A stretch of 64,000 nucleotides of DNA from an uncultured Bacteroidales bacterium. Lineage in GTDB: Bacteria; Bacteroidota; Bacteroidia; Bacteroidales; JAADJA01. Below, in pieces: positions 49,317 to 59,516 of this stretch; the first letter of the stretch is position 1; each line of letters opens with the position of its first letter. Location of the stretch: assembly GCA_963764475.1 (NCBI GenBank), contig CAVXTE010000102.1, positions 2,787 through 66,786 of the forward strand. Direction: 5' to 3'. The notes beneath the pieces were generated by a model. The model worked only from the letters and a program-made list of their open reading frames with translations, was not told the origin of the DNA and ran no database searches. The translations under genes and the position numbers were made by a program.

Positions 49317-51941
49317 TCATGGTTTAATAATATTTGAGAGTACGCCCGGAACCTTAAGCAAATCAAAATCGTGATCGTAGATAAGGTATTTATTGAACCA
49401 TACCGGCTCAAATTTTTCCTTGTATTCCCTCAATCCCTTGTAATGTGAAAACGACCTGATTTTTTCATATGCAAACTTCATCGACCTTTCAGGAAAAGTT
49501 ATCGGATCATTCATCCCGCTCAAAGGTGCAAATCCGATATTGATGAAATTAAAATCACAGGATTTCAGGTATCTGATCAACTCGATCAATATAAAATCCA
49601 TCACCTTGGCAGGTGCGTCTTTCGTTTTTCGGATAAGATCATAGGTGGCCTCATTTTTTGCATAATCCGGAACGATATTCGCAAACGCAATGATCTTTTC
49701 TTCAGTATTTTCAACTGTAATAACTTTTTGTTGTTTGAGCTCTTCCCAGGCGAACATCCCCTGTGAAAAAATGATCTCGTCTCTGCCTGTATCCTCGAGC
49801 CATTCATCGCTGACTGATTTTAATTTTTGAAGTACACCATCTTTTACCGGTGGCTCATGAATGGTTGTTCTAAAACCCTGCTCTGTTATTTTGTTTACTG
49901 CATTGCGCATCGATTTTTTACTCCCTCCCTCAAGATTGAAAGTGGAAATGTCGACTACTCCTTCCTGCCCGAGAAACAAATCCTTTTTATGAAGCTCATG
50001 ATAGATACCGAGGGATTCTTCAGGAACCCTGTAATAAAGCGTTTTTAATCCGTTTTCGTAACAAAACATATCGAATTCCTGAATGCATTTCTTCATTTCT
50101 TCAGTATTTTCTGCTACAGGGTTTTCGAGGGCTACGGCGAAACTGGCCGAGATCCGGTAAGCGATAAATGCTTTCTTGTTTTCAGAGAAGAAAAGGATTT
50201 TATCGCTATAGGTCTTAAAGTAATCGATTGCTGAAGTCCCGTGTAATCGTAAAAGTTCGCTTGCCAGGCTCGACTCTTCTTCCGAAACATTGTCTTGCGG
50301 GACATAGGTTCTTACCAGGGTATAAATCAAAAATGCAATGGACATGAAACCGCTGATATTGATTGAATAAAGAAAATTCCTGGCAAAGGCACGTGTCGGG
50401 ACTAAAGCGTCGCTTCCGATCAGAAAATAATTCTGAAGGGTATAACGGATGGATTGCCCAAGACTGAAATCGATGTTGAAATATTTTTTATCCAAAAAAT
50501 AAAAGCCGACAATTCCATAAACAACCGTAGCGGAAACCATAAGCAATGCTGTTTGCAGCCCGACATTCCGCAGTTTCGGGTTGTTCTTAATATAATATTC
50601 ACGCCGTGTTGCAAATAGAACCACAATGACGAGCAGCGCAAAAGCAGCCTCTTCAAAATCGATGGCCTTTGTTATGTTTCCGATGAACGAGATGATACTT
50701 AAGAAAAGAGCAAACCACCAGGCCGAGCGCATTCCTTTCAGCATAAATGCTGCAGTAACAAGCGAAAACAGTCCGGCCATCATTACAAGATAATTTGATG
50801 TATGGATAACTTCCACAGGAAGGAAGTTATTTAGCAGACGCATTCTTTCGGTAATGGCGGGAGTTAATACCGAAACGACATTTACGATTCCCAGACCCAT
50901 TAAAAAGAACGCCGGCAATACCCGCATCAGCAATTTATTCAGTTTCGACAAAAACGTCAGAATACCAGCGAACAGCGGAGACCAGAATTCAAAAAAGCGG
51001 TACAGAAATGTGATAGCAATAGCTTCCACATTGCTGAATCCAAACCGGACAAGAACAATCGACATCGACACTTCAACTGCACCAAGACCCCGTAAAAAAG
51101 GTGATACAATCAGGAAAATCACCGAAATAATATATCCCATCACTGCCGCAAAAAATGACGGATTAAGATCGAGAGCCACCATTGCAACGTACAGGTGAGC
51201 AATACCGATAAATTCGATCAGTACTGAAACAATAATTGTGAGGAGGAATTTCTTTCTGTCGATTTTATTGTTCATGAGATCATTCAAAAAAACCTCGGCT
51301 GCCGGGAATACTTTTATCAGCCACCTGAAAACAATTCCATTCTTCAGTACAGACTGGTAAAGTTTGTAAAACATAACCGTTAACAGGATGATTGTGCCCA
51401 ATGCAAGCCATTCCCCCGATCCGACGGTTCCATGGGCAACCGAATATACAAATGCAGGCAATCCCACGATTACGACGCTGAGAATTCCTACAAAGGCATA
51501 AATGGATGAAGCAAAATGAATTTGCGATTTTTTAATTCCCTTGTTTTCGATTGTACCTGTAAAAAATACCAGCGATGAAATACCACCTGCCGGTAAAAAT
51601 ATGCTTATCAGGTTCCGTTTGATAAAAAGTACAGTCGAATCGAATAATGAGACCTTACTACCTGACGAAGCAAATGAAAAGACATACATCAATCCCTGAA
51701 GAAGAATATAAACGATCGTAAGGCTTAGCCCGGCAATAACCCACTGCCACTTTGCAGTCAGGAGTATATGTCTAACCTCAGTCAATTCGGCACGCTGGTG
51801 CTTGATGAACCATATTCCAATACCGATAAAGAACAGGGTGAGAATGAATTGTGCAATGATTTTTCGGTTTTCCCAAATAAATGGCTTTGCATGCTCTTTA
51901 ATACGATACGACAAATATGCGATGGATAAGTTTTTCTTCAT
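49317..51941 (-). CDS. mprF: Bifunctional lysylphosphatidylglycerol flippase/synthetase MprF-like
   Basis: 874 aa. A large polytopic N-terminal domain is followed by the C-terminal DUF2156/aminoacyl-PG synthase domain. Confidence 0.75.
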   Translation of the reverse strand: MKKNLSIAYLSYRIKEHAKPFIWENRKIIAQFILTLFFIGIGIWFIKHQRAELTEVRHILLTAKWQWVIAGLSLTIVYILLQGLMYVFSFASSGSKVSLFDSTVLFIKRNLISIFLPAGGISSLVFFTGTIENKGIKKSQIHFASSIYAFVGILSVVIVGLPAFVYSVAHGTVGSGEWLALGTIILLTVMFYKLYQSVLKNGIVFRWLIKVFPAAEVFLNDLMNNKIDRKKFLLTIIVSVLIEFIGIAHLYVAMVALDLNPSFFAAVMGYIISVIFLIVSPFLRGLGAVEVSMSIVLVRFGFSNVEAIAITFLYRFFEFWSPLFAGILTFLSKLNKLLMRVLPAFFLMGLGIVNVVSVLTPAITERMRLLNNFLPVEVIHTSNYLVMMAGLFSLVTAAFMLKGMRSAWWFALFLSIISFIGNITKAIDFEEAAFALLVIVVLFATRREYYIKNNPKLRNVGLQTALLMVSATVVYGIVGFYFLDKKYFNIDFSLGQSIRYTLQNYFLIGSDALVPTRAFARNFLYSINISGFMSIAFLIYTLVRTYVPQDNVSEEESSLASELLRLHGTSAIDYFKTYSDKILFFSENKKAFIAYRISASFAVALENPVAENTEEMKKCIQEFDMFCYENGLKTLYYRVPEESLGIYHELHKKDLFLGQEGVVDISTFNLEGGSKKSMRNAVNKITEQGFRTTIHEPPVKDGVLQKLKSVSDEWLEDTGRDEIIFSQGMFAWEELKQQKVITVENTEEKIIAFANIVPDYAKNEATYDLIRKTKDAPAKVMDFILIELIRYLKSCDFNFINIGFAPLSGMNDPITFPERSMKFAYEKIRSFSHYKGLREYKEKFEPVWFNKYLIYDHDFDLLKVPGVLSNIIKP

Positions 51942-52297
51942 GTTTTGAAAAATGATACAAAATTAACCTTTGTAAGTCGTTTTATTTTTTCCATTCATAC
52001 CACATAACAAAGATAGGTTGTCAATAAGTCAATTTTTAAAGAATTTTAACTTTCTAAAAAAGTTTAGCGTTTTTTATGACCTCCTTATAGTTTCATCCGG
52101 TTTACTATATCTGACCATTTTTAGTGGCTTATTAAGAAACTTTAACAGTTGGAAAGCATTTAATAACAGTTTATTAACAAATGTATTTTTCAAACCATCC
52201 TAACTTTGTCGCTCATAAAGTTTTTATTAAAGTGGGATTAAGCTGAAGAAACCACATTAAAAAAGACAGTAGGTACAAACATTTAAACACATAAATA

Positions 52298-52579
52298 ATG
52301 ACAACTTTAATCATTTATCATGAAGTCAATGATGGTCAGCACTGGGCCAATGCATGGAAGAAAGGGCCTAACAGCAGGCACGAATTATTTGCAAAATATG
52401 GTGTGAAGGCAAGAACCTTCCGTGATCCGGCGAATCCGAAATTTGCAGGCGTCCTTGCAGAAGTTCCGGATATAAATAAATTTAATGAAGTTTTAAAATC
52501 GGACGAGGGTAAAAAAGCTATGGCAGAAGACGGATTGAAAGCCGAAACCGTGCGCATACTGGCCGAATTCACCCCGTAA
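52298..52579 (+). CDS. Small cytoplasmic hypothetical protein
   Basis: 93 aa with no recognised motif. A TAACTTTG box lies at 52201-52208, about 90 nt upstream. Confidence 0.45.
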   Translation: MTTLIIYHEVNDGQHWANAWKKGPNSRHELFAKYGVKARTFRDPANPKFAGVLAEVPDINKFNEVLKSDEGKKAMAEDGLKAETVRILAEFTP

Positions 52580-52585
52580 ATTATT

Positions 52586-52612
52586 ATTGCCTGCTTCAAT
52601 TTCAGGCAATTT
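52586..52612 (+). terminator. Putative terminator hairpin
   Basis: ATTGCCTG-loop-CAGGCAAT. The T-tract is weak. Confidence 0.4.
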
Positions 52613-52937
52613 GTAATTAAATTTTAAGACACCATTCGGAATAAAGTTGTGAATGTGTGTCTTTTTTCTTTTTCCTTATTGAATTTTTTATCCCTGGATT
52701 ATTTGGTTCTACAAACTTTTTTACAAGTCACTTCTACTGAGTGAATTTTTGAAATTATCCGGTAAAAAAAGCCACTTTCCATTCATGCATCCCTGCGTCA
52801 TATAACATTATTTAACATTCAATTTATAGTAATTTACCATATTCTTTTGTTATACTAATGAAAATAAGGCAGATGAGCCGTTGTAAAAGAATAAATGACA
52901 GAAATAAAAAAAGAAAACGAATTAAAATCAATTAGAC

Positions 52938-55380
52938 ATGGAATTAGTTAAACCCGACGATCTTAAGAAAAAAGCAGTACAAGATCTTTACAAGGAAATG
53001 GAAACTTCATCCGAGGGATTAACAGGAGGAGAAGCAGGTAAGCGGCTGGAACAGTTTGGGAGGAACGAAATAATGGAGAAAAAAGCCCATCCCCTGCTTA
53101 AATTTCTGAAAAATTTCTGGGGACCGATCCCCTGGATGATCGAAATCGCCGCTATCCTCTCTGCAATCATTCATCACTGGGAAGATTTCTGGATCATCAT
53201 TGCTCTGCTGCTGTTAAATGCAGTTGTTAGTTTCTGGCAGGAACACAAAGCCGATAATGCCATCGAACTTCTGAAAAAGAAACTTGCATTAAATGCACGA
53301 GTCTTACGGGATAAGGTGTGGAAAGAGGTCAAGGCAACAGAACTTGTTCCCGGCGACATTGTCAGGGTGCGGTTAGGCGAGGTGGTTCCGGCAGATTTGA
53401 AACTGGTTTCAGGGGATTACCTGCAGGTGGATGAATCTGCACTGACAGGAGAATCGCTGCCTGTGGATAAAAAGCAGGGTGATGTGGCCTTTTCAGGTTC
53501 AGTAATACGGCAGGGAGAAATGAACGGTCTCGTCGGTTCAACGGGGATGAATACCTTTTTCGGCCGAACCGCAAAACTGGTGGAAGATGCACAAACGCAG
53601 AGCCATTTCCAGAAGGCGGTGATCAAGATTGGGAATTATCTCATTCTGTTTGCGCTGGCATTGGTACTGCTAATCATCCTTATTGGGTTTTTCCGTAACG
53701 AAAAGTTCATGGAGATGTTCCAATTTGCCCTGGTTCTGATGGTTGCAGCCATACCAGCTGCACTGCCTGCCGTGTTATCCGTAACTATGGCCGTTGGTGC
53801 TACCGCCCTGGCTAAAAAAGAAGCCATTGTCAGCAAGCTTGCCTCTATCGAAGAAATGGCCGGTATGGATATCCTCTGTTCGGATAAAACCGGAACGATT
53901 ACAAAAAATGAACTCACCGTAGCCGATGTCGTGCCTTTCAAGAATTTCAGCAGCAACGAGGTACTCCTTTTTGCTTCTCTTGCTTCGAATGAAGAAGATA
54001 AAGACCCGATTGACAATGCCATTCTCGAAAAGTCGAAAGGAATTTCGGAAATAAAGGAGTTGTTAAAAAATTATACGGTGAGTAATTTCAAACCGTTCGA
54101 TCCTGTTTCGAAAAAGACGGAATCAACGGTTCAGGATAAAAATAAAAAAAGTTTCACTTTAGCTAAAGGGGCTCCGCAGGTCATCCTTAAATTGGCCGGA
54201 GATGATGATGAACTTGAAAAGAAAGTAAACAATAATGTAAACGATTTTGCAAAAAAAGGCTACAGAGCATTGGGTGTCGCAAAAAAAAGTGAACAAGGAT
54301 GACTGGCAATATGTAGGGCTGATCCCGTTATACGACCCGCCACGGGAAGATTCTGCCGAAACGATAAAGAATGCACAAAATATGGGTGTGCAGGTGAAGA
54401 TGGTAACGGGCGATCATACGGCTATCGCACAGGAAATAGCAGGAGAAACCGGTTTGGGTCGAAAGATCGTTCCTGCTGACAAATTGCTCGAACTCAACGA
54501 CCGTAAAGCGGTAAAACTGATCGAAGATTCAAACGGCTTTGCTCAGGTTTTCCCCGAACACAAATACCACATTGTTGAATTACTCCAGGAAAAAGGACAT
54601 ATTGTCGGGATGACGGGTGATGGGGTAAACGATGCTCCCGCACTGAAAAAAGCGGATGCAGGGATCGCCGTTGCCGGCGCAACTGATGCAGCTAAATCAG
54701 CGGCTGCTATTGTCCTCACAAAACCCGGTTTATCCGTTATCATCGATGCCATAAGACAAAGCCGGAAGATCTTTCAGCGAATGGGTAATTATGCTATTTA
54801 CAGAATCGCTGAAACCATCAGGGTGCTGCTTTTCATTACGCTCTCGATCATTACATTCCAGTTTTACCCGGTTACTGCCCTCATGATCGTTTTACTCGCC
54901 CTGCTCAACGATGCACCCATCATGACCATTGCTTACGACAATGTGAGAGTTTCTGCCTCCCCCGACCGCTGGAATATGCGGACAACCCTGGGTATTGCCA
55001 CTACGCTGGGTATCATCGGGGTGTTCAGTTCGTTCGGGATCTTTTTTATCGGGAAGGAAGTATTACATCTGAACAATGAAATCCTGCAGTCGTTCATCTA
55101 TCTGAAACTATCTGTTGCCGGTCAGCTTACGGTTTTTGTAGCACGAACGAAAAGCCATTTCTGGTCGGTGAAGCCTGCCAAACCACTCCTTTTTGCCGTT
55201 ATAATCACCCAAACAGTAGCAACCTTTATCGTGGTTTACGGATTTCTTCTGCCTGCCATGGGCTGGAAACTGGCCGGGTTTGTTTGGGCTTATGCGTTGG
55301 TCGCTTTCTTCATCACTGACTTATTAAAAGTGCAGGTGTATAAAGTTCTGGATCACTCGAAGATAAAATTTAAAAATTAA
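52938..55380 (+). pseudogene. P-type ATPase of the plasma-membrane H+-ATPase (P3A)-like type, split by a frameshift in an A8 run
   Basis: The N-part carries PLLKFLKNFWGPIPWMIEIAAILS and DKTGTIT. The C-part carries MTGDGVNDAPALKKADAGIAV. The two ORFs overlap at 54247-54302. Removing one A from A8 (54291-54298) gives a continuous GVAKKVNKDDWQYVGLIPLYDPPR. Confidence 0.8.
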
Positions 55381-55398
55381 AATCAATAAGGATATACA

Positions 55399-55935
55399 AT
55401 GAAGACGAAGGTAGATTTTGAACAAGAATTGAAACAATACGGGTTTCCTAAACAAACAACGGAGAGGATTGTTGCGCTCCTCGAAGCGGATACCTACGAG
55501 GTGCATGCATCGGCACGGAAGGACCTTGTTAAGAATGGCGATAAAATATTGCCAGTCATGTATAAACTGATGAAATCGGAACACGAACAGATACGGAAGG
55601 AATCGGCTAAGATCGTGGAGCTGATCGCCCACGAATCATCTATACCCTATGTTGTTAAGATGTTGGATGACCGCGAAAGTGAAATCCGGTGGATAGCAGC
55701 CGAAGCACTGATCCGCATCGGACGGCCTGCCATCCGGGCGGTACTGCAGGAACTGACCGACAATGCTTCTTCCTATTACCTGCGGCAGAGTGCCCACCAT
55801 GTGCTGGCAAAGTTGTTAAAGAAAACCGATAGCAGTGAGCTTAAACAGCTTGTTCACGTATTGAACAAAGGAATGGAAATTCCGGAACGGATACCGATAG
55901 ATGCGACGAATGCACTGAAAAAAGGAGGGTTTTGA
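55399..55935 (+). CDS. HEAT-repeat protein
   Basis: 178 aa with repeated ..IR..AA.AL..IG helix pairs. It starts 18 nt after the ATPase stop. Confidence 0.6.
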   Translation: MKTKVDFEQELKQYGFPKQTTERIVALLEADTYEVHASARKDLVKNGDKILPVMYKLMKSEHEQIRKESAKIVELIAHESSIPYVVKMLDDRESEIRWIAAEALIRIGRPAIRAVLQELTDNASSYYLRQSAHHVLAKLLKKTDSSELKQLVHVLNKGMEIPERIPIDATNALKKGGF

Positions 55936-56095
55936 ATAACCGAACACAGAACAATCGAAGTAACAAGGGAATTATGTGGTCGAAAATAGTGGCAGGTGTT
56001 ACAAATTCATGCCAGTACTGGATTAATATTGAAAATTTTGGGTGCAAACCAAAATCAGCGCTGGGGTCTCGTTCCCCGACCACACGAAGACTTAC

Positions 56096-57406
56096 TTATT
56101 GTGGGTAGGTGCTCTTCTTTTCAGTTTTCATTTCTCGTTTCTTATATTTTCTGAATAGGTATTCAATAATTATAGCTACCAGGAATGTAATGATACTTGC
56201 ATAAAAAGCATTCTTTTGAGTATCCCATTGATATTTCATTAGTGCTGCAAAAACAAACAGAAGAATAATTAAATTAATTATAATAAGGATGCCATTCCCT
56301 CCATACTTTTTCCGTAATTTAAGATGAGAAATCAGCACAAAAATGTAAATAATAGTAAAAATCGTACTTGTTATGGCAGCAATTGCCCCTAAATTAAAAA
56401 ACAAGGCAAATGCAAGACCTAATCCTGCTGTTATATACAAACCTTCGGTTGATTTAAACCATACTTTCCGCTCAAAAAATTCCGGCAGTTCTCCGTCCTT
56501 TGCTATTGAATAGGCAATATTTGCTCCACCAAAAATAGTTGCATTTAAAGCAGATGAAATTGAGAATAATGCTCCAATTGTGATAAGAATAAATCCGAAA
56601 TTACCTAAAAATGGTTTTGCAGCAATAGCCAAAGCATTTTCTTGTGCTTTAATAATTTCTGGTAATGGAAGATTTCCAATGGTTACCAGAGAAATTAGTA
56701 TATAGAAAACCATCACAAATAGGATACTTATAAATATGGCTAAAGGAATATTTTTCGTAGGATTTTTTATGTTTTCAGATGTGTTTGTGATAAGTCCAAA
56801 GCCCATATATGAAAGGAAAAAGATAATAGAAGCATTAAGTAAACCACTTGTGTGAACTGCATCAAAATTCGGCTTAGCCATTCCCCAATTGATTGTCATA
56901 AAGCCACCTAATATAAACACCAGTAAAATCGATAATTTTATGAACACAATATAAAATTCTACTTTCCCTACAGCTTTACTACCAAAAAAGTTTAATGCTG
57001 TGAAAAATGAAATAACGATTACTTCAACTAATCCAATGGCCAGTGTTGTAGATTCTATATGTATAAAAGGAAGTAGATAGCCCGCAAACCCTTTAATAAA
57101 AAGTGATATTGATATTACGTATGATAGCCACATCAGTATGCTTAAAGCACCTGCTACAATACTATCTCCAAGTCCTTTTAATATAAATGCAATTGGACCT
57201 GCGTTAGATATAATCTTTCCGCCTAATATAGCATATGAATAAGCCACTACTAAAGCGTAAATGCCTGAGAGAATAAATGCCTCCGGTAAATCATTTCCTG
57301 CAATTTTAGCGCCTAAACCAAAAATCGAAAAAATACTGGCACCTATCATTGTGCCTACTGCCATTGAGATTACTTCAATTAAACTTAGTTTCTTGTTTTT
57401 TCCCAT
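56096..57406 (-). CDS. APC-superfamily amino acid/polyamine permease
   Basis: 436 aa with 12 predicted TM helices and an APC-like N-terminal motif (..MAVGTMIGASIF). The gene is very AT-rich (27% GC by hand count over 56201-56300). Confidence 0.7.
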   Translation of the reverse strand: MGKNKKLSLIEVISMAVGTMIGASIFSIFGLGAKIAGNDLPEAFILSGIYALVVAYSYAILGGKIISNAGPIAFILKGLGDSIVAGALSILMWLSYVISISLFIKGFAGYLLPFIHIESTTLAIGLVEVIVISFFTALNFFGSKAVGKVEFYIVFIKLSILLVFILGGFMTINWGMAKPNFDAVHTSGLLNASIIFFLSYMGFGLITNTSENIKNPTKNIPLAIFISILFVMVFYILISLVTIGNLPLPEIIKAQENALAIAAKPFLGNFGFILITIGALFSISSALNATIFGGANIAYSIAKDGELPEFFERKVWFKSTEGLYITAGLGLAFALFFNLGAIAAITSTIFTIIYIFVLISHLKLRKKYGGNGILIIINLIILLFVFAALMKYQWDTQKNAFYASIITFLVAIIIEYLFRKYKKREMKTEKKSTYPQ

Positions 57407-57660
57407 TGTCTTTCCTTAAAATTTCTACAATACTCTGTTCTTCATACATTACCCCAGCGGGAGTCTGTGCAAAAATACTCAACCGTGTTATAAAAGTAAT
57501 TGAATTTCATTTCTAAAAGTTATTTTAAGTCGGTATTAAAGAGCCTAACTTTAGTAAAGGAATTGTTTGGGAAAATCAAATTTGCACCTATAAGTGACCT
57601 GAATGAGCCAAATTTCCATCGAAAAAAAGAGCTTACACTTTGTTTTAAGGCGTTTCCAAA

Positions 57661-57867
57661 TCACCCTGTCAGGCTGAAGTGTTTGGCCGCTTGTACAGTG
57701 GCTCGAAATACTTTCTCCAGGGTTTTAGGATTGTCCCTTCGAAAATTGGATATGGTGCAATGGTCAGGCTGCAAATTTTTGAGCAACCACATGAGCTCTA
57801 TGTTCCGTTTACATTCTTTTTCCAGGTCACGTGATGAGCGTACCTTGTTTAGGTATCCATAGATCAT
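57661..57867 (-). mobile_element. Relic of an IS1182/IS5-type transposase (internal N-terminal-domain fragment only)
   Basis: The 68-aa fragment IYGYLNKVRSSRDLEKECKRNIELMWLLKNLQPDHCTISNFRRDN matches the conserved transposase N-terminal (DUF772-type) domain. Both flanks are missing. Confidence 0.7.
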
Positions 57868-57924
57868 GTGTTAAGCATTGCTACTTTTATGAGTTAATCT
57901 GAAATATAATACGATTAAAACATC

Positions 57925-58473
57925 CTATTTAATTGAATCAAATAATACTACAGGTACCTCCCAAGTTGTAGGTTCACCAACAATACCACGAGTATAACTT
58001 AATACTTCCATCCATTCAGGGGAAACTTTAATCAAAAGATAATCTTCAGTTTTGTTTGGATAGAAAGCTTCCCATTCGACTTTCCAACGCTTTTCTTTCT
58101 CCCTTTGATCATCCACTAATTGAGCTATTCCATGAATCACAACGTATCCTGAAGCGTCACTATCTACATAATATAAGGTTACATTGGGATTATTTCTAAT
58201 TTGCTTTACTTTTCTGCTTTTAGGATTAGTACCAAACCAAACCGTAAAATCATTTTCAGGAATGAAAGGATCCATTAGTCTGACCATCGGAAGATCTTTT
58301 TCGTCTAAAGTAATTAATGCGCAGGTACCTGCTTCAGCTATTATTTCCCTTGCTGCGCTAATTAATTTATTATATGACGAATCTTTTTGCTCTATATTTT
58401 GACTGAAACTTCTGAAAGGTATTAGAAGAAGAATCGGGAAAATAATGCAGGTAATTTTTCTTATGTGATTCAT
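57925..58473 (-). CDS. Pyridoxamine 5'-phosphate oxidase-family (general stress protein 26-like) protein with signal peptide
   Basis: 182 aa. The LITLDEKDLPMVRLMDP...FGTNPKSRKVKQIRNNPNVTLYY pattern is present. Confidence 0.6.
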   Translation of the reverse strand: MNHIRKITCIIFPILLLIPFRSFSQNIEQKDSSYNKLISAAREIIAEAGTCALITLDEKDLPMVRLMDPFIPENDFTVWFGTNPKSRKVKQIRNNPNVTLYYVDSDASGYVVIHGIAQLVDDQREKEKRWKVEWEAFYPNKTEDYLLIKVSPEWMEVLSYTRGIVGEPTTWEVPVVLFDSIK

Positions 58474-58685
58474 TATGCTATTTATTTAAGTCTTGTTTTA
58501 TAATTCATTTGTTCCTTTACCCTTCTGTATTTATGCAACGTCAGTTCGTCTAAAAACTCATAGAATTAATCAAAAACAGATCAAATATAAGCCTTTTTAA
58601 TGAAGTGTAAAATATATGCATGCTTAAAAACAGAAATTTTTAAATAAGGGGGGAAAGAAATTTAGAACTGGTCAAAATAACGTTT

Positions 58686-58900
58686 TGTCATGTGCCGAAG
58701 GTCTGTTATCGGGAAAAATTATGCCCTTTCCGTGTGCGGAAGTACTATTATCGTGAAGAATTATACCCCTTCCGTATGCGGAAGACCCAATATTGTGAAA
58801 AATTATACCCCTTCCGTATACGGAAGACCCATTCTCGTGAAAAATTATGCCCCTTCCGCAGCATGAAAAGAGGGTTTTGTGAAGAATTTTGGGATTGGGA
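58686..58900. repeat. 42-bp tandem repeat array: 4 full units plus degenerate flanking units, each with a CTTCCG-N4-CGGAAG palindrome
   Basis: Units fall at 58713-58754, 58755-58796, 58797-58838 and 58839-58880, with consensus GAAAAATTATrCCCCTTCCGTATrCGGAAGACCCAnTnTCGT. Unit 3 contains the perfect 16-bp palindrome CTTCCGTATACGGAAG. Confidence 0.9.
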
Positions 58901-59022
58901 AGCGCGGATTTAGTAGGCTTGGGAGGAGAAGGTCTGAAGTTGACATATTAAAGCCACAAGTTACAAACTTGCGGCTGCGGGGGTGCGAGGAATGGTGGTG
59001 ATAATTGTAGTTTTAAGAATCA

Positions 59023-59062
59023 GAGATTCTTACCCCAAACAGCATAGTCAGGAGACTATGCT
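59023..59062. other. Strong extended hairpin
   Basis: A perfect 10-bp stem CAGCATAGTC-AGGA-GACTATGCTG is closed by an outer CCCCA/TGGGG helix. Confidence 0.7.
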
Positions 59063-59135
59063 GAGAGTGGGGGGTTTATCTTAAATGTATGCACTAAATT
59101 TTCCCATAAAACAAAGATATCAATTTTAATCATCA

Positions 59136-59224
59136 CTGATACGATATGATTCGTTTTTATTCGATGGATATTCAATAAATAATGATACGATATGATTCTA
59201 TTTTATACAATAATGATTCGTTTT
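59136..59224. repeat. Direct repeats TGATACGATATGATTC (x2, 45 bp apart) plus a third partial copy ATGATTCGTTTT
   Basis: Exact 16-mers at 59138-59153 and 59183-59198. The partial copy lies at 59213-59224. Confidence 0.8.
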
Positions 59225-59380
59225 CAAAATGCCTGTAACTCGTTTATAAATTCACCTCGTTTTTTTCCACCAAAATTCGTCCAACAGTTTTGAGACCGGT
59301 ACGATACCTGAAATTAATTGGGTATACCCAGTTACAATCATTTATACCTGTATGGCTTTCCTTTTTCATCGGTAATTGCC

Positions 59381-59438
59381 GGTTTTGCTTCAGCACCTCT
59401 ATGCTTGTTTTGTGTGGCTAATGTAAAGGTTTTTTTGA
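59381..59438 (-). repeat. 58-nt conserved module, copy B
   Basis: See copy A. On the minus strand the ATGAA at 59369 lies 11 nt downstream and opens a 41-codon ORF. Confidence 0.7.
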
Positions 59439-59516
59439 TATCGGAGTGCTGTTTTTATTAACTTCTTCAGCGATCATCTGCATCGGTTGTACGGAAGAAT
59501 ATAAAAATGTTCAGGT

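Noticed and set aside
57500-57862. 120-aa plus-strand ORF
   Set aside because: It overlaps the minus-strand transposase relic and AT-rich spacer, and has no recognisable features.
58692-58913. 73-aa ORF across the 42-bp array, and the possibility of a CRISPR array
   Set aside because: The peptide repeat (REKLYPFRxRKT) simply reflects a 42-bp (14-codon) DNA period. There are no unique spacers between units and no cas genes, so it is neither a CRISPR array nor a credible protein.
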